Assembly (NCBI GenBank): GCA_964650735.1
Contig: CAZYUT010000001.1
Span: 1-57,595 of the forward strand
Direction of reading: 5' to 3'
Source of the DNA: an uncultured Hyphomicrobiaceae bacterium
Lineage (GTDB): Bacteria; Pseudomonadota; Alphaproteobacteria; Rhizobiales; Rhodomicrobiaceae
Length of the DNA: 57,595 nt
Shown piece by piece: positions 42,042 to 52,246 of this stretch. The notes under the pieces were generated by a model. That model was not told where the DNA came from, made no database searches, and saw only the letters and a list, made by a program, of their open reading frames with translations. Position 1 is the first letter of the stretch. Each line of letters opens with the position of its first letter. The position numbers were made by a program, and so were the translations under genes.

Positions 42042-43541
42042 ATGAGCACGAACCACGCAAATGCCGCACTTGCGCAGGACAACGCCCTGCCCTTCCGCCA
42101 GCCCCCGCACAATATCGAGGCGGAACAGGCGCTGCTGGGCGCGATCCTCATCAACAACAATGCTTTCGACCGCGTATCCGGCTTCCTCGCTGCGGAACAC
42201 TTCTACGATCCGCTGCATGCGCGCATCTTCGACACGGCCGCCAAGCTGATCCAGGCGGGCAAGCAGGCGACGCCGATCACGCTCAAGACGTTCTTCGAGG
42301 CCGAAGAGCCGATTGGCAGCCTGAGCGTGCCGCAATATCTCGGGCGGCTCGCCGCCAGCGCCGTGAGCGTGCTGAATGCACATGATTACGGGCGCACGAT
42401 CTACGATTTGTCGGTCCGCCGGAACCTCATCATCGTCGGTGAGGACATGGTCAACACGGCCTACGACTCGCCGGTTGACATGCCGCCGGAAGCGCAGATC
42501 GAAGATGCCGAGCAGCGGCTGTTCGAGCTGGCCGAAAAAGGCAAATACGGCTCCGGCTTCATGTCCTTTTCGACCGCGCTGACCGACGCCATCGAGATGG
42601 CCTCGCACGCTTATGAGCGCGACGGGCATCTGTCCGGCCTGTCGACGGGTCTGCACGATCTTGACCGGACTATGGGCGGGCTGCAGAAGTCCGACCTTGT
42701 CATCCTCGCCGGCCGCCCGTCGATGGGCAAGACCGCGCTCGCAACCAACATCGCCTTCAACGTCGCCCGCGCGCACCGTACCGAGATCGACGCCGCAGGC
42801 AATGACAAGACCGTCGACGGCGGCATCGTCGGCTTCTTCTCGCTGGAGATGTCCGCGGAGCAGCTTGCCACGCGCATCATCGCGGAGCAGGCCGAGATCC
42901 CATCCGAGAAGATTCGCCGAGGCATGATCGACGAGGCCGAGTTCCGCCGGCTGGTCGAGGTCACGCAGGCGATGCAGAGCATTCCGCTTTATATCGACCA
43001 CACCGGCGGCATTTCGGTCGCGCAGCTTGCCGCACGCGCGCGCAAGCTCAAGCGCCAGAAGGGGCTTGATCTCGTCGTGGTGGACTACGTGCAGTTGCTC
43101 TCCGGTTCCTCCAGACGCGCCTCGGACAGCCGTGTTCAGGAAATTACCGAGATCACCACGAGCCTCAAGGCGCTGGCGAAGGAGCTGGATGTGCCGATCC
43201 TCGCGCTCTCCCAGCTTTCGCGCCAGGTCGAACAGCGCGAGGATAAGCGCCCGCAGCTTTCCGACTTGCGCGAGTCCGGCTCGATCGAGCAGGATGCCGA
43301 TGTCGTCATGTTCGTGTTTCGCGAGGAATATTACGTGCAGCGCCAGGAGCCTTCGACCACCAAGGTCGAGGAGCACCAGAAATGGCAAGATGAAATGGAC
43401 CAGGTGCAGGGCATCGCGGAGGTCATCATCGGCAAGCAGCGCCACGGCCCGACCGGCACCGTGCGCCTGCAGTTCAGCGCCGACGTGACGCGCTTCTCCG
43501 ACCTGGCGCGCTCCGGGCAGGAACCGCATGGATGGCGCTGA
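42042..43541 (+). CDS. dnaB: Replicative DNA helicase
   Basis: PPHNIEAEQ, AGRPSMGKT, DYVQL, SDLRESGSIEQDAD, KQRHGP; no intein visible. Confidence 0.96.
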   Translation: MSTNHANAALAQDNALPFRQPPHNIEAEQALLGAILINNNAFDRVSGFLAAEHFYDPLHARIFDTAAKLIQAGKQATPITLKTFFEAEEPIGSLSVPQYLGRLAASAVSVLNAHDYGRTIYDLSVRRNLIIVGEDMVNTAYDSPVDMPPEAQIEDAEQRLFELAEKGKYGSGFMSFSTALTDAIEMASHAYERDGHLSGLSTGLHDLDRTMGGLQKSDLVILAGRPSMGKTALATNIAFNVARAHRTEIDAAGNDKTVDGGIVGFFSLEMSAEQLATRIIAEQAEIPSEKIRRGMIDEAEFRRLVEVTQAMQSIPLYIDHTGGISVAQLAARARKLKRQKGLDLVVVDYVQLLSGSSRRASDSRVQEITEITTSLKALAKELDVPILALSQLSRQVEQREDKRPQLSDLRESGSIEQDADVVMFVFREEYYVQRQEPSTTKVEEHQKWQDEMDQVQGIAEVIIGKQRHGPTGTVRLQFSADVTRFSDLARSGQEPHGWR

Positions 43542-44694
43542 GCAAACCCTGAGCGCGATATGGCCGCCATCGGGGGGGCGGATCACGCCTGATCCGCGCG
43601 ATACCGCGCTGCTGCTGATCGACCTCGATGCGCTGCAAGCGAATTACCGGCGGCTGCGTGACATGGCGCCCGGCGCGGAAACGGCGGCGGTCGTCAAGGC
43701 CGATGGCTACGGCCTCGGCGCGCTGGCTTGCGCGCGGGCGCTGGCGAAGGAGGGGGCGCGCACCTTCTTCGTGGCGACGCTTGCTGAGGCGCGCGATCTG
43801 CGCGCGGCGCTGCCAGAAGCGATCATCTATGTGCTCGACGGACTTGCGCCGGGTGCGGCGGAGCATTTCGCCTCCGCGCGATTGCGGCCCGTGCTCGGCG
43901 ACCGGGCGGAAATCGAGGAGTGGGCCAGTTATTGCCGCGCGGCCGGCTATGCGGGACCAGCGGCCATCCATCTTGACACCGGCTTCAACCGGCTTGGCCT
44001 CGATATGGCGGGCGTGAACGCGCTGGCCGAACGCGGTGACCGTCTGGACGCGTTCGACCTCGCGCTGGTCATGAGCCATCTCGCCTGCGCCGATACGCCG
44101 AACCACCCCAAGACAGATGCGCAGGCCGCGCTGTTCGATGAGATGCGCGCGCTGCTGCCCCCCGCCCCTGCCAGTCTCGCGGCCTCGGGCGGCATTCAAC
44201 TCGGTCCGCGCTATCATTACGACCTGACCCGCGCGGGCGTGGCGCTCTACGGCGGACAGGCGCTGGGTAACGCGCCGCCCATGCAGCCGGTCGTCACGCT
44301 TCTGGCGCGCATCGCCACGGTGCGCGAGGCCGAGGCCGGCGAAACGGTCGGCTACGGCGCGGCACGCACCCTCTCCCGCCCCTCGCGGATCGCTATTGTC
44401 ACCGCTGGCTACGCTGATGGCTATATCCGCCTGCTGGGCGGCAGCGACGCGCGGGCGGGCGCGCACGGCTTCATCGGCCCGCACAAGGTGCCGGTGCTGG
44501 GGCGCGTCTCGATGGACCTGACGGCCTTCGATGTCACCGACGTGCCAGGCGCGCTGGCGCGGCGCGGCGGCTGGATCGAGCTTCTGGGCCCAAGGCTCAC
44601 GGTCGATGAGCTGGCCGCCCATGCGCAGACCATCGGCTATGAAGTGCTGACGAGCCTTGGCCCGCGCTACACCCGCCATTATCTCGGCGGCTGA
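43528..44694 (+). CDS. alr: Alanine racemase
   Basis: AVVKADGYG PLP lysine, DTGFNRLG, SHLACAD, GYADG, GRVSMD. Confidence 0.95.
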   Translation: MDGAEQTLSAIWPPSGGRITPDPRDTALLLIDLDALQANYRRLRDMAPGAETAAVVKADGYGLGALACARALAKEGARTFFVATLAEARDLRAALPEAIIYVLDGLAPGAAEHFASARLRPVLGDRAEIEEWASYCRAAGYAGPAAIHLDTGFNRLGLDMAGVNALAERGDRLDAFDLALVMSHLACADTPNHPKTDAQAALFDEMRALLPPAPASLAASGGIQLGPRYHYDLTRAGVALYGGQALGNAPPMQPVVTLLARIATVREAEAGETVGYGAARTLSRPSRIAIVTAGYADGYIRLLGGSDARAGAHGFIGPHKVPVLGRVSMDLTAFDVTDVPGALARRGGWIELLGPRLTVDELAAHAQTIGYEVLTSLGPRYTRHYLGG

Positions 44695-44699
44695 ACCTG

Positions 44700-46067
44700 A
44701 TGGCCCGCGCCACAACGGTTTACGTCTGCCAGAGCTGCGGCGCGTCTTCCACGCGCTGGGCTGGCAAATGTGCAGCCTGCGGCGCGTGGAACGCCTTGAG
44801 CGAGGAAGCATCGGCCGCGCCATCCGGGGGCAAGCGCGCGCGCAAAAAGTCGGGCGGCGTCAAGCTGCTGCGCCTCGATGAAGGCGGCGGGCAGATCGCG
44901 CACGCTCCCACCGGCATCGGCGAGTTCGACCGCGTCCTCGGCGGCGGGCTGGTGCCGGGCTCGGCAGTGCTGCTCGGCGGCGACCCTGGCATCGGCAAGT
45001 CCACTCTCCTTCTGCAGACCGCCGCCGCCATCGCGGAGGCCGGGCAGAACGCGCTCTACTTCTCGGGTGAAGAAGCCGCGGATCAGATCAGCCTGCGCGC
45101 CGACCGGCTCGGCGTGGCTTGCGCGCCGCTTCGCGTCGCCGCCGAGACAAATGTCGAACGCATCCTCGCCACCCTTGAGTCCGAAGGCCCGGCCGATCTC
45201 ATCGTCATCGACTCCATCCAGACGCTATGGTCCGAAACCCTGGAATCCGCGCCAGGCACGGTCAGCCAGGTCCGCGCGTCGGCGCAGGCGCTTATCGCCC
45301 ATGCCAAGCGCAGCGGCTGCGCGGTGTTCCTCGTTGGTCATGTGACCAAGGACGGCCAGATTGCCGGCCCGAAGGTCGTCGAGCACATGGTCGATACGGT
45401 CCTCTACTTCGAGGGCGACAGCGCCCAGCATTACCGGCTGCTGCGCTCGGTCAAGAACCGGTTCGGCCCCGCCGGCGAGGTCGGCGCGTTCGAGATGCGC
45501 GGCAACGGCCTGCTCCCCGTCAGCAACCCCTCGCAGCTTTTTCTCGGTGAACGCACTGAAAGCGCGCCCGGCGCAGCGGTCTTTGCAGGCGTCGAGGGCA
45601 CGCGCCCGCTGCTGGTCGAGATCCAGGCGCTGGTCGCCCCCACCGTCTTCCCGTCGCCGCGCCGCGCGGTCGTCGGCTGGGACGTGGGCCGGCTGGCGAT
45701 GCTGCTCGCCGTGCTGGAGGCGCGCTGCGGCATTAGGCTCAGCGGCCACGATGTCTACCTCAATGTCGCGGGCGGCTTGCGGGTCGGTGAACCGGCGGCT
45801 GATCTCGCGGTCGCCGCTGCCCTCATATCGGCGCTTTCCGGCGTTGCACTGCGCGCCGATTGCGTTTATTTCGGAGAAGTCAGTTTGTCCGGCGCGATCC
45901 GCACGGTACGCCAATCCGATACAAGACTGCGCGAAGCAGCAAAGCTGGGGTTCGGCGCGGCCGTCGTGCCGGCGTCTGCTGAAATCGACGAGGGCTCATG
46001 CGGGCTGGATTTGGCGCGCGTGAGACATCTCAACCAGTTGGCCGCGCAGCTTGCAGGCGCGGGTTAG
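44700..46067 (+). CDS. radA: DNA repair protein RadA/Sms
   Basis: C4 zinc finger, GDPGIGKS, KNRFG, Lon-like C-terminus. Confidence 0.96.
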   Translation: MARATTVYVCQSCGASSTRWAGKCAACGAWNALSEEASAAPSGGKRARKKSGGVKLLRLDEGGGQIAHAPTGIGEFDRVLGGGLVPGSAVLLGGDPGIGKSTLLLQTAAAIAEAGQNALYFSGEEAADQISLRADRLGVACAPLRVAAETNVERILATLESEGPADLIVIDSIQTLWSETLESAPGTVSQVRASAQALIAHAKRSGCAVFLVGHVTKDGQIAGPKVVEHMVDTVLYFEGDSAQHYRLLRSVKNRFGPAGEVGAFEMRGNGLLPVSNPSQLFLGERTESAPGAAVFAGVEGTRPLLVEIQALVAPTVFPSPRRAVVGWDVGRLAMLLAVLEARCGIRLSGHDVYLNVAGGLRVGEPAADLAVAAALISALSGVALRADCVYFGEVSLSGAIRTVRQSDTRLREAAKLGFGAAVVPASAEIDEGSCGLDLARVRHLNQLAAQLAGAG

Positions 46068-46145
46068 CCAGCGCGTTCCACTTCGGTTTGAGGCCGTGAC
46101 GACGGGCACGTCGCGCCGTCGCGCATGGAGAGGGGTTTCGGGGCA

Positions 46146-46661
46146 ATGCCGATCCAGTGGCTCGATGTCATCCTGATCGTGATCATGTTCATCTCTGCGT
46201 TTCTGGCCATGCTGCGCGGGCTGACGCGAGAGATGCTGTCTATCGTCTCATGGGCGCTGGCCGCTGTTGCCGCGCTATTCGCTTACCCGGCCTACCGGGA
46301 CGTCGCGCGCCAATATGTCGAGCCGCCGATGCTGGCCGACGGCGTGCTGATCGGCACGGTCTTCATCGTCACGCTAATTGTCGTCAGCCTGATCACGGTG
46401 CGCATCTCCGATTACATTCTCGATAGCCGGGTGGGCGCGCTGGACCGGACGCTCGGCTTTGTCTTCGGGCTTGCGCGCGGACTGATCCTTGTCGTCATCG
46501 CCTACGAGCTTTTGAGCATGCTGGTGCCAAAGGACACGCATCCGCGCTGGGTCACGGAAGCGCGCTCGCTGCCCGTGATCGAGAGCACCGGCGCGGCGAT
46601 TATCTCGCTTCTGCCGGACAATCCGTCTTCGGTCTTCCGTGAGGACGGCGATCCCGGTTGA
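46146..46661 (+). CDS. cvpA: CvpA family membrane protein
   Basis: RGLTRE, LDRTLGFVFGLARG; directly upstream of purF. Confidence 0.9.
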   Translation: MPIQWLDVILIVIMFISAFLAMLRGLTREMLSIVSWALAAVAALFAYPAYRDVARQYVEPPMLADGVLIGTVFIVTLIVVSLITVRISDYILDSRVGALDRTLGFVFGLARGLILVVIAYELLSMLVPKDTHPRWVTEARSLPVIESTGAAIISLLPDNPSSVFREDGDPG

Positions 46662-46827
46662 TGTCCTCTGGAGCCGCGACTTGTTGCCAAGACACCGCCC
46701 GCGACCTGTGGAAGCGTCACAAAACTGACATTTTGACATTGCGTGCGGCGCGACAATGCGCATATTGGCAGTGTGCACATTGGGTCGTGCGCGACCTGCA
46801 GCTCCAACGGGTGATGGAGCTTGGCTG

Positions 46828-48282
46828 ATGGCCGCTGACAGCTTCCTGCATGACGACAAGCTCCGCGAGGAATGCGGGGTGTTCGGCATCTTCGGGCATG
46901 AGGATGCCGCGCCACTAACGGTGCTCGGGCTTCACGCCCTTCAGCATCGCGGGCAAGAGGCCGCCGGCATCGTCACCTATGACGGCGAGCATTTTCATTC
47001 CGAACGCAGGCTCGGCCTCGTCGGAGACCAGTTTACCAAGAAGTCTGTTGTCGATCGGCTTAAGGGCCAGGCCGCTGTCGGGCATGTGCGCTACTCGACC
47101 ACGGGCGAGACAGCCATGCGCAATGTCCAGCCGCTGTTCGCCGACCTCTCCGGCGGCGGCTTCGCGCTGGCGCACAACGGAAATCTGACCAATGCGCTCA
47201 AAATACGCCGGGAGTTGATTGCGTCCGGCGCGATTTGCCAGTCGACTTCGGACACCGAAGTGATCATGCACCTGGTCGCCCGGAGCCGGAAGAAACGCCT
47301 GGTCGAGAGGCTCATCGACGCGCTTGTGCAGATCGAAGGCGGGTATGCGCTCGTTGCCGTGACCAACAAGAAGCTGATAGGCGCGCGCGATCCGCTGGGC
47401 TTGCGCCCGCTGGTGCTCGGCAAGCTGGACGGCGCCTATGTTTTGGCCTCTGAAACCTGCGCGCTGGATATCATCGGCGGAGAATTCGTTAGAGAAGTTG
47501 ACAATGGCGAGGTGGTCGTCATCACGAAAGACGGCATTGAAAGCCACCGGCCGTTCCCGCCGCGCGCCCCCCGGCCCTGCCTATTCGAATATATCTATTT
47601 CGCCCGCCCTGATTCGATCATCGGCGGGCGCAGCGTTTATGAGGTCCGCAAAAGGTTCGGCGGACAGCTGGCGATGGAAGCTCCGGCCAATGCCGATTTG
47701 GTCGTCCCGATCCCCGATTCCGGCGTGCCTGCTGCGATCGGCTACGCCCAGCGTTCCGGCCTTCCCTTCGAACTCGGCATCATCCGCAACCAGTATGTCG
47801 GCCGCACCTTCATCGAGCCGGAGCAGCGGATCAGAAAGCTGGGCGTGAAACTGAAACACAGCGCCAACAGCGCTGCCATTCGCGGCAAGCGGATCGTGCT
47901 CATCGACGACAGCATCGTGCGCGGCACCACCTCAATCAAGATCGTGCAGATGATGTATGAAAAGGGCGCCGCAGAAGTCCACATGCGCGTGGCCTGCCCG
48001 CCGATCATCTATCCCGATTTCTATGGCATCGACACGCCGGAAAAAACGAAATTACTGGCGTCGCATCACTCGCTCGACGAGATGCGCGATTTCATCGGCG
48101 TGGAAAGCCTGGCTTTCCTGTCCGTGGACGGCATCTATCGCGCCCTCGGGTATGATGGGCGTGACGCGGTCAACCCGCAATTCGCCGATCACTACTTCAC
48201 CGGCGACTACCCCACGCCGCTCGTCGATCAGGATGACAACCAGCTCCACCGCCAGCTTTCTCTGCTGGCCGAAGCAAGCTGA
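46828..48282 (+). CDS. purF: Amidophosphoribosyltransferase with N-terminal propeptide
   Basis: EECGVFG, LQHRGQE, GHVRYST, DDSIVRGTT. Confidence 0.96.
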   Translation: MAADSFLHDDKLREECGVFGIFGHEDAAPLTVLGLHALQHRGQEAAGIVTYDGEHFHSERRLGLVGDQFTKKSVVDRLKGQAAVGHVRYSTTGETAMRNVQPLFADLSGGGFALAHNGNLTNALKIRRELIASGAICQSTSDTEVIMHLVARSRKKRLVERLIDALVQIEGGYALVAVTNKKLIGARDPLGLRPLVLGKLDGAYVLASETCALDIIGGEFVREVDNGEVVVITKDGIESHRPFPPRAPRPCLFEYIYFARPDSIIGGRSVYEVRKRFGGQLAMEAPANADLVVPIPDSGVPAAIGYAQRSGLPFELGIIRNQYVGRTFIEPEQRIRKLGVKLKHSANSAAIRGKRIVLIDDSIVRGTTSIKIVQMMYEKGAAEVHMRVACPPIIYPDFYGIDTPEKTKLLASHHSLDEMRDFIGVESLAFLSVDGIYRALGYDGRDAVNPQFADHYFTGDYPTPLVDQDDNQLHRQLSLLAEAS

Positions 48283-48287
48283 GCCCC

Positions 48288-49034
48288 ATGTCAGACGCGA
48301 CTGCCCCGCAATCCGCGGCCAAGCGGCTAGCCGGACGCACCGCCGTCATTACCGGCGCTTCCCGCGGGATCGGCCGGGCGGTCGCACTAGGCTTCGCGCG
48401 GGAAGGCGCGCATGTCATCGCCGTGGCGCGGACCAAGGGCGCGCTGGAAGAGCTTGATGATGAAATCCGCTCGCAGGGCGGCGCGTGTTCGCTGATTGCG
48501 CTTAACCTGAAACATGGCGGTAAGGTCGACGCGCTCGGTCCCACGCTTTACCAGCGCTGGCAGCATATCGATATTTTCGTGGCCAATGCCGGCGCACTCG
48601 GCGTGCTGACGCCGGTCGCGCATATCCAGGACCGGGACTGGGATGAGGTGATGGCCGTCAATGTGACGGCGAACATGCGCCTGATCCGCACGCTCGACCC
48701 GCTTTTGCGCCGCTCCGACGCGGGCCGCGCGATTTTCGTCTCGTCAGGCGTGGCGGCAGCGCCGCGGGCCTATTGGGGCGAATACGCTGCCTCCAAAGCC
48801 GCGCTGGAGGCGCTTGCTCTGACCTACGCCGCGGAAACCGCCTCGACGCCGGTGCGCGTCAACATCGTCAATCCGGGCCGCACCCGCACAGCGATGCGCG
48901 CCGCCGCCTATCCGGGCGAGGACCCGGCCACGCTGAAGCCGCCGGAGGCCGTCGTGCCGCTGTTCATCGATCTCGCCAGCCCAGACTGCGAGGCGACCGG
49001 CCAGCGCTTCGATTTTGAGAATTACGCAGAGTGA
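48288..49034 (+). CDS. SDR family NAD(P)-dependent oxidoreductase (YciK-like)
   Basis: TGASRGIG, YAASK, RTAMRAAAYPGED. Confidence 0.88.
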   Translation: MSDATAPQSAAKRLAGRTAVITGASRGIGRAVALGFAREGAHVIAVARTKGALEELDDEIRSQGGACSLIALNLKHGGKVDALGPTLYQRWQHIDIFVANAGALGVLTPVAHIQDRDWDEVMAVNVTANMRLIRTLDPLLRRSDAGRAIFVSSGVAAAPRAYWGEYAASKAALEALALTYAAETASTPVRVNIVNPGRTRTAMRAAAYPGEDPATLKPPEAVVPLFIDLASPDCEATGQRFDFENYAE

Positions 49035-49053
49035 TAATGACAGTGGTGTGGTA

Positions 49054-49857
49054 TCAATCCGGCAGTTCGATCATCATGCCGTCATAAGCTGGCTCGATCC
49101 CGCGCGGCAGCTCTCGCAAGAGCGCGTTGAAGTCCAGGTCATTATGCATGTGCGTCAACACGGCGTGCGGCACCTCCAGCCGGCCGATCCAGTCCAGCGC
49201 CTGCTCCACCGTGAAATGCGCCGGGTGCGCGGGCGCGTGACGCAGGGCGTCCACCACCCAGACCTCCAGACCATCCAGCAGCGGCAGCGAACTGTCCGGC
49301 AGCCCGCTGATATCGCTTGAATAGGCCAGCCCGCCAACGCGAAAGCCCAGCGATACGATGTTGCCGTGAAGCTGGGCGAACGGCATGGCCTCGACCGGCC
49401 CGCCAGCCCCGTCGATGCGCACCATCTCCCCCGGCCGGATCGTGTGCGGGCGCAGGATCGGCGGATAGGCGCTGCCCTCCGGCGCGTGAAAGCAATAGTG
49501 AAAACGGTGCTCAAGCGCCGCGCGCGTGACCTCGTCGAAATAGACATCAAGCCGTTCGCGGCGGCGGAACACGATGGCCCGCAGGTCGTCGATCCCGTGG
49601 GTGTGGTCGGCGTGGTCGTGGGTGTAGAGCACGGCGTCGAGCCAGGCGACGTCATGGCGCAGCAACTGCTCGCGCATGTCGGGGCAACTGTCGACCAGCA
49701 CGGCCGTTGTTCCGTGATCGCCGACGCGCTCGATCAGCAGCGAGCAGCGCGTGCGGCGGTTGCGAGGCTCGTTCGGATCGCATTTGCCCCAGTCGCCGCC
49801 AATGCGCGGCACGCCGCCCGAAGAGCCGCAGCCCAGGATCGTGAAGCGATATGGCAT
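49054..49857 (-). CDS. MBL-fold metallo-hydrolase (PhnP-like)
   Basis: LGCGSSGGVP, THDHADHTHG. Confidence 0.9.
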   Translation of the reverse strand: MPYRFTILGCGSSGGVPRIGGDWGKCDPNEPRNRRTRCSLLIERVGDHGTTAVLVDSCPDMREQLLRHDVAWLDAVLYTHDHADHTHGIDDLRAIVFRRRERLDVYFDEVTRAALEHRFHYCFHAPEGSAYPPILRPHTIRPGEMVRIDGAGGPVEAMPFAQLHGNIVSLGFRVGGLAYSSDISGLPDSSLPLLDGLEVWVVDALRHAPAHPAHFTVEQALDWIGRLEVPHAVLTHMHNDLDFNALLRELPRGIEPAYDGMMIELPD

Positions 49858-50672
49858 CAGGCCACCCGGCCTTCGGGCACGGGCATCTTCGCCGCATCGC
49901 GCGGCAGGCGGCTGAACAGCCGATAAACATTCTCCGTGGTCGCGCGCGCGACGTCGTCTTCGCTCACGCCCTTGACCTCGGCCAGCACCCGCGCCGTGTG
50001 GCGTACATAGGCCGGCTCGTTGCGCTTGCCGCGATGGGGCACCGGCGCGAGATAAGGCGCGTCGGTCTCGACCAGCACGCGGTCCATCGGCACGCTCGCG
50101 GCGATCTCGCGCAATTCATCCGCCCGCTTGAACGTCAGCACGCCGGAGAACGATACGTAAAGCCCGAGGGCAAGCCCCCGCCGCGCCAGTTCCGGGCCAG
50201 ATGTGAAGCAATGTAGAACGGCGCTGAACGCGCCCTTTCCCATCTCGTCTTCGAGAATCGCGGCGGTGTCGTCCTCGGCCTCGCGCGAATGGATGACGAG
50301 CGGCAGGCCGGTTTGCCGCGCCGCCTCGATATGACGGCGGAAGCCCGCCTTCTGATCCTCGACGGCGCTGAAATCATAGTGGTAATCCAGCCCCGCCTCG
50401 CCGATCGCTACGACCTTGTCGCGCTTCGCCGCCGCCAGAATGTCCTCCAGCGGCACGTCCTTCTCTTCGGTCGCGTAATGCGGGTGCGTACCGGCCGAGC
50501 AGAACACATCTTCATAGGCCTGCGTGAGCGCATGGATCTCATTGAAGCGGCGCATCCGCGTGGAGATCGTGATCATCGGGCTGACGCCGGCCGCGCGCGC
50601 CCGCGCGATCACATCGTCACGCTCCGGCCCGAAGTCGGGAAAGTCCAAATGGCAATGACTGTCGATAAGCAT
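49857..50672 (-). CDS. tatD: TatD family hydrolase
   Basis: DSHCH, GEAGLDY, IHSR, HCF, ETDAPY; ATG overlaps the metG stop (TAATG). Confidence 0.93.
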   Translation of the reverse strand: MLIDSHCHLDFPDFGPERDDVIARARAAGVSPMITISTRMRRFNEIHALTQAYEDVFCSAGTHPHYATEEKDVPLEDILAAAKRDKVVAIGEAGLDYHYDFSAVEDQKAGFRRHIEAARQTGLPLVIHSREAEDDTAAILEDEMGKGAFSAVLHCFTSGPELARRGLALGLYVSFSGVLTFKRADELREIAASVPMDRVLVETDAPYLAPVPHRGKRNEPAYVRHTARVLAEVKGVSEDDVARATTENVYRLFSRLPRDAAKMPVPEGRVA

Positions 50673-52237
50673 TACTGAGCGGGTTGTGTTTCGTCCTGTT
50701 CGACAAAGCGCGGGAAGACCGGCTCGGGGTTCGGCAGCGCGGTGCCCGCAGCCAGCCGGCCGGCCTCGCCCAGATAGGCGAAACTCCGCGCATTTTCCGG
50801 CACGGCGAGCTGATCGAGCAGCTTGCCAGCAGCCTCCGGCACTAACGGCTGCGCCAGGATCGCGACCTGGCGAACCGCTTCCGCCGTGGCGTAGAGCACC
50901 GTGCCCATGCGCGCCGGATCGGTCTTCTTCAGCGCCCAAGGCTCCTGGGCGGCGAAATAGCGGTTTGCCTCGCCCACGACATTCCAGATCGCTTCGGCGG
51001 CCTTGTGGATCGCCTGGGTCTCCAGCGCCGTGCGCACCGTCACGAGCATTTCATCCGCCAGGTCCACGAGCGCACGGTCTGCCTCGGTGAAATCGCCTGG
51101 CTCGGGCAGCTCGCCGGCGCAATTCTTTGCAATCATGCTCAAGGAACGCTGCGCCAGGTTGCCCAGATCATTCGCCAGATCAGCATTGATGCGGTTGACG
51201 ATTGCCTCGTGGCTGTAGCTGCCGTCCTGTCCGAAAGGCACCTCGCGCAGCAGGAAGTAGCGGAGCTGATCGACACCGTAGACCGAGATCAGGGCGAACG
51301 GATCGACCACGTTGCCAACCGACTTCGACATCTTCTCGCCGCGGTTGAAAAGAAAGCCGTGCGCGAATACCCGTTTCGGCAAGGGCAAATCCGCTGACAT
51401 CAGGAATGCCGGCCAATAGACCGCATGAAAGCGCAAGATGTCCTTGCCAATGACATGCAGATCGGCCGGCCAGTAACGCTTGTAGGTTTCGCTTTCGGTA
51501 TCAGGATAGCCGACGCCGGTAATGTAATTGGTCAGCGCATCCACCCAGACGTAAATGACATGTCCCGGCGCATCGGGCACGGGAACGCCCCAATCCAGTG
51601 TGGTGCGCGAGATCGACAGGTCCATCAGCCCGCCTTCGACGAAGCTCACGACCTCGTTGCGGCGCTCCGGCGGGAGGATGAAATCGGGCCGGTCGGCGTA
51701 GAGCTTGAGCAGTTCATCGCCATATTTCGACAAGCGGAAGAAGTAGGTCTGCTCCTCGGTCCATTCCACCGGCGTGCCGGTTGGCCCGCGCCGCACGCCG
51801 TCCTCGCCGAGTGCCGTCTCGCTCTCGGCGTAGAAGGCTTCGTCGCGCACCGAGTACCAGCCGGCATAGGTGTCCAGATAGATGTCGCCCTCGGCCTCCA
51901 TACGCTTCCAGATATGCGCGACGGCTTCGTAATGGCGCGGCTCCGTGGTGCGGATGAAGTCATCATTGGAGACGTTGAGCGCGCGGCACATCTCCTCGAA
52001 TTTCGGCGTATTGCGGTCGCCCAGTTCGCGCGGGGTAATGCCCTCTTTCTGAGCCGTCTGCTTCATCTTCAGACCGTGTTCGTCGACGCCGGTCAGGAAG
52101 AAGACGTCGTGCCCATCCAGACGGCGGAAGCGCGCCAGCGCGTCGGTCGCAATCGCCTCATAGGCGTGACCGATGTGCGGCGCGCCATTCGGGTACGAAA
52201 TCGCTGTGGTGAGATAATAGGCCGGCTTTGCAGTCAT
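50672..52237 (-). CDS. metG: Methionine--tRNA ligase (short form)
   Basis: PHIGH, KMSKS, YVWVDAL. Confidence 0.96.
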   Translation of the reverse strand: MTAKPAYYLTTAISYPNGAPHIGHAYEAIATDALARFRRLDGHDVFFLTGVDEHGLKMKQTAQKEGITPRELGDRNTPKFEEMCRALNVSNDDFIRTTEPRHYEAVAHIWKRMEAEGDIYLDTYAGWYSVRDEAFYAESETALGEDGVRRGPTGTPVEWTEEQTYFFRLSKYGDELLKLYADRPDFILPPERRNEVVSFVEGGLMDLSISRTTLDWGVPVPDAPGHVIYVWVDALTNYITGVGYPDTESETYKRYWPADLHVIGKDILRFHAVYWPAFLMSADLPLPKRVFAHGFLFNRGEKMSKSVGNVVDPFALISVYGVDQLRYFLLREVPFGQDGSYSHEAIVNRINADLANDLGNLAQRSLSMIAKNCAGELPEPGDFTEADRALVDLADEMLVTVRTALETQAIHKAAEAIWNVVGEANRYFAAQEPWALKKTDPARMGTVLYATAEAVRQVAILAQPLVPEAAGKLLDQLAVPENARSFAYLGEAGRLAAGTALPNPEPVFPRFVEQDETQPAQ

Positions 52238-52246
52238 CGGTTGTCG

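Noticed and set aside
50673-50939. N-terminal extension of TatD
   Set aside because: It overlaps the metG 3' end; TatD characteristically starts at MLIDSHCH, coupled to the metG stop
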